The notes under the pieces are model-generated. The model saw only the letters and a list, made by a program, of their open reading frames with translations, searched no databases and was not told where the DNA came from. A DNA stretch of 63,630 bases, counting the filler, from Octopus bimaculoides (lineage: Eukaryota): NCBI RefSeq assembly GCF_001194135.2. It is 6 parts of 6 records of this genome, joined end to end, with 100 filler letters (N's around TTAATTAATTAA, not from the genome) between each part and the next. Parts side by side here need not be neighbours in the genome. Positions count along the whole stretch, not along the records: positions 37,368 to 63,630 come from NC_069004.1; 5 more parts are not named here. One strand, 5' to 3'. Shown piece by piece: positions 52,627-63,630 of this stretch. Position numbers and translations under genes: made by a program. Within the stretch, counting starts at the first letter, position 1. Each line of letters opens with the position of its first letter.

Positions 52627-53088
52627 TTTCTAGAGGAGAATGCTGAAGGCATGGAGAGCACAAAGAAATGGTAAATGAACCTGTGATGTTCGTAAGCGAC
52701 ACAACCATGGCGAAAAGAGAACCAACGGTAGGAATAAGATGCGAAAAAATATATAAAAAGAAAATAGAAAAGAAAACTTTATAAAAGCAGCTGATGAAGG
52801 TGGGAAAATGCTGCAATCAAAGATAACGATACAATTGAGCTTAATTTGTCTGATGTCAATCAAGTGATTTTTACGCCTCAGTCAAAGTAATTGAGTCGAA
52901 ATGCTCGATCAATGAAAAGGGAAAAGTAGAGCTGCGTAACACAGGAAACCGAAGTGGGAAGAAAAGATAGCAAAACGAAAAAACAAACAACAAAATAGAA
53001 AGTAATGAAAGGAGAAATATCGATTTTGGCAAGAACAAAGATGTGTAAAGACGAGAACAGTAAGGAAGCCAAATACTACTACTACTAC

Positions 53089-53135
<47 letters not shown>

Positions 53136-53409
53136 GTCCGTTGAATCTTTCCGAGATCTCCCTAATAACAACAACAACAATTCTTTCTTTATTGGCCTCA
53201 AGGGCTGCAAAAACAATAAGGACACTACAAAGATAAATTTCAGCGGGGATTTATACAGAAACGCGTAAACAATGAAAAAAAAGAAAAAAGGGCAATTCAC
53301 AAAATTATTATTTTTTTTTTTTTCATTGTTTACTCAGAACGTAAAGACGAAGAAACGCCATAAATTATTTTGTCCGGCATGCTAAAGATTCTGCCGGCTA
53401 CCGACTAGA

Positions 53410-53905
53410 GGACAAGTCACGAGAGCGCGGCCATGCTAGGGCGGCACAGCCTCGAAGAATTTTACGTCGAATGAATCGATCCCAGTATATTAAAGATGGA
53501 AAATGATTTACTCTGGAGGAATTTCATAGAATCTGTTATTTTCTTTTCTATTTTCCTCATACGTTGTTAGTAGTTTAGGAATCAAGAGAAGGGAGAGAAA
53601 CGGTCAGGTACTTATTCTATCGATTTATTTTAAGGAACTGCTTGGCTACGAGAACTTAAACAAACCAACAACGGTTGTGAAGATGTAGCAGGGGACAAAC
53701 AAGCACAAAGGCACTCGCACGCACACACACACACACACACATATATATATTCAACCGGTTTCTTTCAGTTTCCATCTACCAAATCCACCCACAAGGCTTT
53801 GGTCAACACGTGGCTATAGTAGAAGACACTTGGCCAAGGTGCCACGCACTAGGATTGAAGCTGGAACCATGTTGTTCGGAAGCAAACTTCTTGTCGCACA
53901 GCCAC
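53410..53905 (-). mobile_element. SINE family B with a 115-bp insert (53489-53604)
   Basis: atcgatcccagta[insert]caggtacttattctatcg. Confidence 0.75.
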
Positions 53906-54288
53906 CATGTTTAATTATTTGTTTACTTATTACAAAATGCTAAAAATTTGTGGTCGGTGGTAATCATGTATGGTATTATTTCATTCTTTTCAGAAATTGC
54001 CAGCATAATACGACCAATTAATTTTTAATTAAACATTTTCTGAAGTGAGACATTTCATTAAAGATGGAAAATAATTAGTCTGGAGGAAATTCATAGAATC
54101 TGTTATTTTCTTTTCTATTTTCTTCATAGGTTGCTAGTAGTTTGAGAATCAAGAGAAAAGAGAGAAACAGTTTCATGCCTACATACATGGCAATAACTGT
54201 CTCCAGGGAATTCCATCTTGTGAAAATTTCTTATTCCGGTTTTAACTACAAACAACTTCACAAGACTTGCGATTGACACATTCATTTC

Positions 54289-54440
54289 ATGTATTGCACA
54301 ATGGTACAGACCCATATGGCAGGTTCTTGTAAGCAATTCGAGGAAACAATCGGATATTTTATGTCGGGCTGTAAATTTTTATTGCTAGTGAATGAATATA
54401 AGAATCACCATGACAGAGAAGATCGATTTTTACACTGGAC
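54289..54440 (+). mobile_element. R4/Dong LINE zinc-knuckle remnant
   Basis: CKQFEETIGYFMSGC...EYKNHHD...FLHW resembles C....ETI.HI.SGC..LA..EY..RHD....IHW. Confidence 0.75.
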
Positions 54441-54456
54441 ACATACACACATTATG

Positions 54457-54515
<59 letters not shown>

Positions 54516-54616
54516 ATTAATAAGGGATTAACAATCCGGGCAGAACACTTCTCAAGCTCTCTTTTAACACAAATACACCAGGCTAACAAAATGTCGGATT
54601 GGTATAGAACTCCAGG

Positions 54617-54735
<119 letters not shown>

Positions 54736-54769
54736 ATATGTATGTATGTATATACATACATACATTATA

Positions 54770-54930
54770 TAGTACAAGCTTCCACACAGTTTCCGTTCAT
54801 GAAATTCACTCACAAGGTACTTGGTCGGCCAGGGGCTACAGTAAAATACATTTCTCAAGGTGCCGTGCAGTGAGACAGAACGCAAAGCAACGTGGTCTCA
54901 GAGTGATTTCCTTAACCATACATCTACGCT
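54770..54930 (-). mobile_element. SINE family B, diverged 5' part
   Basis: aattcactcacaagg...tctcaaggtgccgtgcagtg. Confidence 0.65.
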
Positions 54931-54949
54931 TGCGCTTATACAAAATTTA

Positions 54950-55633
54950 AAAATCTTTTCCAGCCATGTTGGTAGTTGAGTGCTGATACTTCCAAGTGCA
55001 CCAAATACTATTGGTATCACGTCTACTCTCCTCATTGACCACAACGTTCGTATTTCCCACTTCAAATCGTCGTAGTTATTCAGTTTTTCTTCTTTCTCTC
55101 TGATCCTGTTGTCACCGGGACATGCTATGTCGATTATCATGCAAGCTCGTTCATTTCTATTCACTACAACAATATCCGGTTTCCCATGTCTGGTCAGGGG
55201 ATCGCACAGAATCACTGCATCCCACACAATTTTGCAATTCTCATTCGCGGTGACCCCTTCTGGGGACTGCTCATACCAGTCTTTCTTCTTTGTAGGCCGT
55301 GATTTCCAAGGATCTCTCAACGGATCATTCTTGTCACATTGTCATATTGTCTTTTGTAATCGCGTTGTGCCAATTTCAGGCACTAACGATGTGCCATACC
55401 ATTTTAACCCCCTCACCACACATTCTGCATTTGTCGCTACCGGAAGTGATGTCTGTTCTGCACTTCACATTATAAGTCCTTAACACTTGTTATTGTGTTG
55501 CGCATATTAGGGATTCTGTCTCTATCTTCAGGTCACTCCTCCTCTTCCATCGCCACCAGTCTTCTGTATCTGCCTTGCCGTTCATATTTCTTGCAAACTG
55601 ACCGTACATTTTTTACTCCTTCCTTGCTGTTTC

Positions 55634-55635
<2 letters not shown>
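54950..55635 (-). mobile_element. R4/Dong LINE zinc knuckle plus restriction-like endonuclease fragment
   Basis: DLKIETESLICATQ*QVLRT...KCRMCGE; KPDIVVVNRNERACMIIDIACP...LKWEIRTLW...VIPIVFGALG (PD..D RLE motif); the truncated 5' end abuts (TTA)n. Confidence 0.92.
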
Positions 55636-55671
<36 letters not shown>

Positions 55672-55672
<1 letters not shown>

Positions 55673-56205
55673 GAGTGAGAGAGCAGGGCATGACATCAAA
55701 TTGACACTGGGGTAAAATATACGAAGCCCATTATACCCATCATGACTACCCATCTGTTAAGGGTACACCAGGCACATGCATCACAACCATATGTGCACAT
55801 AGTGATCTCATATCAAGATAAACCGCGCATGACCTCGCAGGTGGGGCCCAGTTAGAATTTTCTTCAGGTCGAGTAGCCCATCCCGCTCAAATGGTCCTTG
55901 AATAAGGGTTGTTTAAGGATGATGAACAAAACACTCATATTTCCAAAGGTAAATTATCCAAACCCCAAAGAATTCCTCTCAACACATGGCTATGATGCTC
56001 TCCTACTACTTCTGTCCGTGATCAGAGATGCACATATCGTCAGCTACTAAGGGACATGCTCAACTGGTTAATATCAAGCAACTGACAAGCAAATCAGTGG
56101 TATTGAGCAGAATATTTACTGTAGCCCATCTTTTATACCAAGACAAAACAATATACACGATAGCACTTCCAGTCAGTTAAGATCAGAAGCCATGAGAGCC
56201 ACTAC
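55672..56205. mobile_element. Unclassified repeat next to (TTA)n, possibly Dong-associated
   Basis: Complex non-coding-looking block directly after the (TTA)n tract; family assignment is from memory only. Confidence 0.35.
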
Positions 56206-56209
56206 ATCA

Positions 56210-56605
56210 GGGCATTATAGACATTAACATTGAAGACATAAACAATACTATCAGCATAAAACAACATTAACAACATTAGCAATACATAATTAAAATAAAA
56301 CCACATTATAAGTTGTTACAATATCATCAGCATAAAACATTATTAACATGAGCAATATTAAGGATATTATTGGAATAAAACCATGTTATAAGCTTTAACA
56401 GCATTTTCATTATCAGTAACAGTAACTACATGAACAATATTATCAATATAAAACAATATTATAGACATAAGCAATATTAACGATATTATCAAAATAAACT
56501 ACATTATAAGTTTTAACAACATTTACAATATCAATAATAGTAATGACATTAACAGCATTATCAACATAAAATGACATTATAGATATTAACAACATTAATA
56601 GATTT
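56210..56605. repeat. Degenerate AAC/ATT-rich low-complexity array; second array at 58160-58610
   Basis: Recurrent acattaacaacattagcaat-like units. Confidence 0.75.
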
Positions 56606-56606
56606 A

Positions 56607-56955
56607 ATATTGGTTTCAAATTTTGGCACAAGGCCAGGAATTTTGGGGGAGGGTACTAGTCGATTAGATCGATCCCAGTGTTCAACTGGTACTTAATTTA
56701 TCGACCCCCCGAAAGTCGACCCCGGTGGAATTTGAACCCAGAACGCACGGACAGACGAAATACCGCTAAGCATGCCGGGAGAAATGCTTAGCGGTATTTC
56801 GTCTGTCTTTACGTTCTGAGTGCGAATTCTGCCGAAGTCGACTTTGCCTTTCATCCTTTGATGAATTAAGTACCAGTTGCGTACTGGGGTCGATCTAATC
56901 GACTGCCCCCCCCCCACTTCCCAAAAATTTCGGACCCTGTGCCTAGAGTAGAAAA
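56607..56955. mobile_element. Head-to-head inverted pair of SINE family A copies
   Basis: Perfect 24-bp stem (56750-56773 / 56784-56807) with a 10-nt loop; imperfect arms of ~150 nt. Confidence 0.88.
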
Positions 56956-57803
56956 TAATATTAACGACATTAATCGAATTTATATTAGTGGTACTCACAA
57001 CATTTGTCGGAGACTCCCTACTCCTGGCGGATGACAGTTTGCACCACTCAGGCGTCAACTCTCCGACCGATGATTCTATTTGGGTTGTCGTTTGTGGTAA
57101 GTGTTTTATGCGGTCGGAGTACAAATTTTAGGTCAACCTCTTTTAGNNNNNNNNNNNNNNNNNNNNNNNNNNNNNNNNNNNNNNNNNNNNNNNNNNNNNN
57201 NNNNNNNNNNNNNNNNNNNNNNNNNNNNNNNNNNNNNNNNNNNNNNNNNNNNNNNNNNNNNNNNNNNNNNNNNNNNNNNNNNNNNNNNNNNNNNNNNNNN
57301 NNNNNNNNNNNNNNNNNNNNNNNNNNNNNNNNNNNNNNNNNNNNNNNNNNNNNNNNNNNNNNNNNNNNNNNNNNNNNNNNNNNNNNNNNNNNNNNNNNNN
57401 NNNNNNNNNNNNNNNNNNNNNNNNNNNNNNNNNNNNNNNNNNNNNNNNNNNNNNNNNNNNNNNNNNNNNNNNNNNNNNNNNNNNNNNNNNNNNNNNNNNN
57501 NNNNNNNNNNNNNNNNNNNNNNNNNNNNNNNNNNNNNNNNNNNNNNNNNNNNNNNNNNNNNNNNNNNNNNNNNNNNNNNNNNNNNNNNNNNNNNNNNNNN
57601 NNNNNNNNNNNNNNNNNNNNNNNNNNNNNNNNNNNNNNNNNNNNNNNNNNNNNNNNNNNNNNNNNNNNNNNNNNNNNNNNNNNNNNNNNNNNNNNNNNNN
57701 NNNNNNNNNNNNNNNNNNNNNNNNNNNNNNNNNNNNNNNNNNNNNNNNNNNNNNNNNNNNNNNNNNNNNNNNNNNNNNNNNNNNNNNNNNNNNNNNNNNN
57801 NNN

Positions 57804-57934
57804 ATTCCCGAGAACTACGTTAAGGGTACACGTGTCTGTGGAATGCTCAGCCACTTGCACGTTAATTTCACGAGCAGGCTGTTCCGTTGATCGGATCAAC
57901 TGGTACCCTCGTCGTCGTAACTGACGGAGTGCCA
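57804..57934 (+). mobile_element. SINE family C, 3' part
   Basis: gaactacgttaagggtacacgtgtc...cggagtgcca. Confidence 0.85.
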
Positions 57935-58617
57935 ACAACAACAAACTGGTGAGGGCATTTCGAGGTCGGAGTGCAAATCCTACCTCAGTCCCTTTTAGTC
58001 GCCTTTTACGAGGCGCAGAGGGAACGTTGTGTCTATTTTTTTTTTTTTTTTTTTTTTATATTTTGGCATATCACAGTCCCCCACACAGCAGAACAGCAAT
58101 AACGGAATTAACAAAATTAATAAAAAAAAAAACAAGAAAAAAAATTTTAACGAGATTACTGATGTTTACAATATTTTCAACATTGAGAACATTAACATCG
58201 CAAAACACTTTTATCAATATGAGCATCATTAATGATAAGAACACTAACAAAATTATCAAGATAAATAGCATTAGCAATATAAATCACATTAAGGCAATAG
58301 CAACATTAACAACTTTGACGATATTAACAACATCAAGAACTTGATCAACATTAACAACACAACGAAATTAGCGACGTTAACATTATCAATATTAGCAACA
58401 TTATGATTGGAAGACCTACATTTACAATATTAACAGGAATTGGAACATTAACGACCTATGAGAGCATTAACGATAAAAACCCTAACATTAACAGCACTAA
58501 CGGTATTGATGGCATTTTCCACATTAAGAACATTGACCGCATTATTAACATTGTGGACATTATCGACAATAACAAAAACAACATCAACATAAACATTGAC
58601 AATACTAGCAACAAATA

Positions 58618-58833
58618 AGGCGGCGAGCTGGCAGAAACGTTAGCGCGCCGGGCGAAATGCTTAGCGGTATTTCATCTGCCGCTACGTTCTGAGTTCAAAT
58701 TCCGCCGAGGTCGACTTTGCCTTTCATCCTTTCGGGGTCGATAAATTAAGTACCAGTTGGGAACTGGGGTCGATCTAATCGACTGTCCCTCTCCTAAAAA
58801 ATTTCGGGCCTTGTGCCTAGAGTAGAAAATAAT
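58618..58833 (+). mobile_element. SINE family A, young full-length copy
   Basis: Near-consensus head, B-box, core and tail. Confidence 0.92.
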
Positions 58834-59403
58834 ATTAACAACAAATGCATATTTATATACGTGTATGTTTGTTTGTCTGTGTGTGTGTTCATCTCTTTTT
58901 TTTTTAATTAAGAGTAAATTTTGACTGGACCTCCTACTTGGTAGCAGGGCTGTGAAGGAAAGTATCTTCTTATAACCATCATCCTTAAGAAGGTTTTGCA
59001 GACTTTTATACTCCCAGATATCATGGGCATTTGTTCTCTAACATATCTACTCCATGGGTTACCTGTATTTCATACCTGGAATCTGTGAGAACTGGGATGC
59101 CCGTCGACAGGCCGCTTACATCAAAGTGTCAAACGCTTACGGTACGCAAATTTGTGGCTCCATTTCTCTGTAGCTACTAGATTTGTTGAGTAAATCAACA
59201 AGCAGACTGCTTGTTTGTGTAGGATTGGTCAAACTGATATAATCACCTGATGAGAATGCAATAAGTTTCGAAAATCGATTATGGCGGCGCATCCTTTTCT
59301 TCAATCTAATGGAGAAACTGTTAAAATTTACCGTTTATAAATTTGATACATAGGTTAGACACGCGCGCGCACACACACACACACATACGTGTGTGTGTAT
59401 ATA

Positions 59404-59452
<49 letters not shown>

Positions 59453-59462
59453 NNNNNNNNNN

Positions 59463-59511
<49 letters not shown>

Positions 59512-59515
59512 ATAT

Positions 59516-59546
<31 letters not shown>

Positions 59547-60937
59547 CACATGTATATATATAAACATACATATACATACACATATATGCAGTAAATGTAT
59601 AGAATGTTTGTTGTAAATATTTTAGCATCGAAAATGTATGTGTGCATGTATATATATTTATATATATGTGTGTGTGTATGTGTGTGTATGTGTGTGTTAA
59701 AGTTCGTAAAAGACTTCATTAAAATGTCGCGTATATAAAAGTGAAAGTAAAAGTAGAAACCAATCTGGAATTGGTATATGGGGGATGTGTAGGGTGCAGA
59801 GCGGAGAAATGGCGGTGTACAAGTAAACATGAAAATTATTGATAACGGAAGCTTTGTGAAAAAATAAAATATAAATATAAAAATTAATGGAGGAAAGCAA
59901 ACTGAGAATAAAATGGAGAGGCGAATGACGGTGGAGCCTATATTGAAAGATGTTGGCGGCGATGGCGATTGTGGTGGTGGTGGTCGTCGTCGTCGTCGTC
60001 GTCGTCGTGGTAGTGCTGGTGATACTGCGGTACTGGTTGTGGTGCACTGGTGGTGGTGGTGGTGATGGTGGTGGTAGTGGTGGTGGTGGTGGTGCTGCTG
60101 CTGGAGGTAGTGGACGTGGTGCTGGAGGTAGTGGACGTGNNNNNNNNNNNNNNNNNNNNNNNNNNNNNNNNNNNNNNNNNNNNNNNNNNNNNNNNNNNNN
60201 NNNNNNNNNNNNNNNNNNNNNNNNNNNNNNNNNNNNNNNNNNNNNNNNNNNNNNNNNNNNNNNNNNNNNNNNNNNNNNNNNNNNNNNNNNNNNNNNNNNN
60301 NNNNNNNNNNNNNNNNNNNNNNNNNNNNNNNNNNNNNNNNNNNNNNNNNNNNNNNNNNNNNNNNNNNNNNNNNNNNNNNNNNNNNNNNNNNNNNNNNNNN
60401 NNNNNNNNNNNNNNNNNNNNNNNNNNNNNNNNNNNNNNNNNNNNNNNNNNNNNNNNNNNNNNNNNNNNNNNNNNNNNNNNNNNNNNNNNNNNNNNNNNNN
60501 NNNNNNNNNNNNNNNNNNNNNNNNNNNNNNNNNNNNNNNNNNNNNNNNNNNNNNNNNNNNNNNNNNNNNNNNNNNNNNNNNNNNNNNNNNNNNNNNNNNN
60601 NNNNNNNNNNNNNNNNNNNNNNNNNNNNNNNNNNNNNNNNNNNNNNNNNNNNNNNNNNNNNNNNNNNNNNNNNNNNNNNNNNNNNNNNNNNNNNNNNNNN
60701 NNNNNNNNNNNNNNNNNNNNNNNNNNNNNNNNNNNNNNNNNNNNNNNNNNNNNNNNNNNNNNNNNNNNNNNNNNNNNNNNNNNNNNNNNNNNNNNNNNNN
60801 NNNNNNNNNNNNNNNNNNNNNNNNNNNNNNNNNNNNNNNNNNNNNNNNNNNNNNNNNNNNNNNNNNNNNNNNNNNNNNNNNNNNNNNNNNNNNNNNNNNN
60901 NNNNNNNNNNNNNNNNNNNNNNNNNNNNNNNNNNNNN

Positions 60938-60994
<57 letters not shown>

Positions 60995-61166
60995 CATATA
61001 TATACTCATACATATATACATGCGTATATATATATATATATACATGCATATATATATATATGTATATATGAAAGAAGAGTGGTAGTAATAATGAAGATTC
61101 TTTATTGGGTGATAATGAAGTAAACGGAAGAAGATAATGAGATTGCATTGAACAGGGGGGAAGAAA

Positions 61167-61199
<33 letters not shown>

Positions 61200-61225
61200 G
61201 AAGAGAGATAGAGAGAGAAGAGAGA

Positions 61226-61262
<37 letters not shown>

Positions 61263-61358
61263 GTATTTAGAATTTAAATGAAATAAAGGAAAGCGTGGGA
61301 AGAAAGAGCACAAGGTGTGTAATATATGTATGTATATGTGTGTGTATATAAATTATAC

Positions 61359-61393
<35 letters not shown>

Positions 61394-61460
61394 TAAATAT
61401 TACATTTAAATAAACATACATATACATACATGTCTTGTAAGGATACACACACACATACAC

Positions 61461-61513
<53 letters not shown>

Positions 61514-61621
61514 AACAGGTGTGTGCACATTATTTGCTTATGTGCCCACATGCATCTACCTACATACATAGATAAATACATACATACATTCACACATACA
61601 TCCACATACGCACATATACAC

Positions 61622-61668
<47 letters not shown>

Positions 61669-62140
61669 CATACATACATACATGCATGTATATGCATACA
61701 CACATACATATGTTATATACACATGCGCCTGCACACATCGTTTTCTTCTGCGACTCAGTGAACAAGACGGTTAAATGCTACCGACAAATTGATGTTGCAC
61801 GTAAATATAATCTCGTTCTTGTTCTTCTTATTGTTCTTTATCCTTTTTATTTCGATTCTTCTTCTTCTTTTTCCTTCTTTCTTTATTTTTCTTTTTCGAC
61901 CAATAGCAATCGCGCAGTGCATTTGCGTCATCGTCTCTCTAATTTGTAATTTCCGATTTTTGATTAGTTAAAGCCATCCACCTAACTTGTATTTGTCTGC
62001 TGACAGTACAGGTTTGTCAGCGAAACAGCTCCACTCACTGCCTCACTGAACTGATTGCATCATAGCGTATGTCTTACTAAACGTTATGTGGCTTTGTTTA
62101 TCGTCGTTCTTGTTGTTGTTGCTGTTTTCATTATTAGTGG

Positions 62141-62171
<31 letters not shown>

Positions 62172-62279
62172 GGCGGCGGCGAAGTTCAGGTGGTGTGGTG
62201 TTGGTCCTTGTTTTTGTTTTTAGCGAATAGCTATTACTTAACACACATACACGATTAATTACATTACAACTAAACGTGC

Positions 62280-62319
<40 letters not shown>

Positions 62320-62854
62320 GTGTGTGTGTGTCTGTGTGTGGGTGTGTGTGTGTGTGTGTGTACGCATGTATGTTTTTGATGCAAATTCGTTGGTACTCCG
62401 AGTTTCAAGTGTAATGCTAATTTTCAGCCATTTTGAATTTGAATAAGAGAAGTTGATTGTTATCGTAAAATGGGCTGCGATTGGTCGAGGAAGGTCACGT
62501 GGTGTCTATTCCGGTATGGCCGCTGTCCAATGATTGAAACAAGTAAAAGATGAAAAGTAAAAGACATACGTATGTGCGTACGTGTGTCTGTGAGTGGGTG
62601 GATGTTTGCGTGTGTGTACCCTTCATGTGGTAAACACCTAATTACAATGGAAATAATGCAGTCTTTGATTTAATCTATGATTACAGATTATATCGAAATA
62701 TATATCCCGATGAAGCTCCAGACTTTGAGCTAACAATGTTTCATGTGTTGCTTGCACAATCGTCAGTGTAAGAATAGAGGTCTTGTAGTAAGGTTTTATG
62801 TACATTTTGCCAAAAATAACAAGCAAAAATGGAATGCAAGTAGAACTGCCAAAA

Positions 62855-62959
<105 letters not shown>

Positions 62960-63149
62960 CGTGCGTTTGTGTACACTTATTTGTTGTGCATATGTGTAAT
63001 ATATATATATACTTATGCAACAAGCAAGTGTGTTAGTTTGACGCTCGGAAAAAAATGAAAAAGTTTTTTATTTTTCGTGTCTACGCTCTTCAACAGAAAG
63101 GAATAAGAGAAAATAAACGGAGATTTCAACAGTCCAGCATGGCTGGTTT

Positions 63150-63300
63150 CTTTCAGTATCCGTCAACCAAATCCACTCACAGGGCTTTGGTCAACCCGCG
63201 GCTATAGTAGAAGGACTTGCCTAAGGTGCTACGACTGAAATCGGAAGCATGTTGTTGGAAATCAAAGCTTCTTACCACATAGCCATTGCCTGCGCCTGTA
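63150..63300 (-). mobile_element. SINE family B, 5' part
   Basis: tttctttcagtatccgtcaaccaaatccactcacagggctttggtc...cttcttaccacatagcc. Confidence 0.8.
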
Positions 63301-63630
63301 TGCTCGCGTTTCCTAAAATAACCTGACATCACGCCAGTATCTTGACATGGCAAGTACTTAACCGACCACTATCGAACTTTCGAAAACAATTTCCAATCAA
63401 TCACTAAGTCTTCCTTCCTTATTCCGCTACAAGTGTGCCTCTCAACAACCTTGGTTATCAAAGATTTCTAGATGCCGCGAGAAATGTGGCAGGAAAGGAA
63501 GGTTAAGGTTTCGTTAAGGGTTGGGGCTGGGGTTAGGGTTTGTTCGTCGGTGTTTTTATTTTGCTTCTTTGTTTGTCTTGTATTTTATTTTGTTTTTGTT
63601 TTGTTTGTTTGTTTTTTCTTTTCCTTTAAA

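Noticed and set aside
57949-58618. Asn/Ile/Thr-rich ORFs
   Set aside because: They are translations of the AAC/ATT low-complexity array and lack splice signals or domain features.
59321-61774. Long ORFs (574, 538, 373 aa and similar ORFs elsewhere)
   Set aside because: They consist of N runs and translated microsatellites (YI, VC, HT, LS repeats).
62485-62505. ATTGG plus CACGTG promoter-like motifs
   Set aside because: Short motifs expected by chance, next to a SINE remnant, with no CpG island or exon nearby.
63518-63538. G-quadruplex motif GGGTTGGGGCTGGGGTTAGGG
   Set aside because: The pattern is real but isolated, with nothing linking it to a function; it is not a telomeric array.

Overview
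AT-rich, repeat-saturated animal DNA from a draft scaffold with about two dozen N gaps. The SINE and microsatellite content suggests an octopus genome (inference, not searched). One host gene is supported. Four + strand exons (2331-2425, 3666-3748, 6840-6991, 8623-8727) have canonical AG/GT ends and matching phases, and splice into an atypical C-type lectin domain like the N-terminus of protostome Contactin (Drosophila Cont type). No further exon is recognisable in the remaining ~55 kb, which reads as one very large intron. That region holds three main tRNA-derived SINE families plus an RTE-tail-like short repeat; RTE, R4/Dong, Tx1 and Penelope-like remnants; a dead mariner; a probable solo LTR; a Tigger-like MITE; and many microsatellites. 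No prokaryotic features, CRISPR arrays, rRNA genes or true tRNA genes were seen. I found no clearly new biological system. The best leads are: a family-specific antisense bias of one SINE whose head carries a near-perfect 5' splice site; Penelope-type minimal hammerhead motifs; several long hairpins that could be ADAR substrates; a locally templated insertion inside a SINE; and Dong insertions into (TAA)n. Repeat coordinates are read by eye and approximate; exon coordinates were counted base by base.
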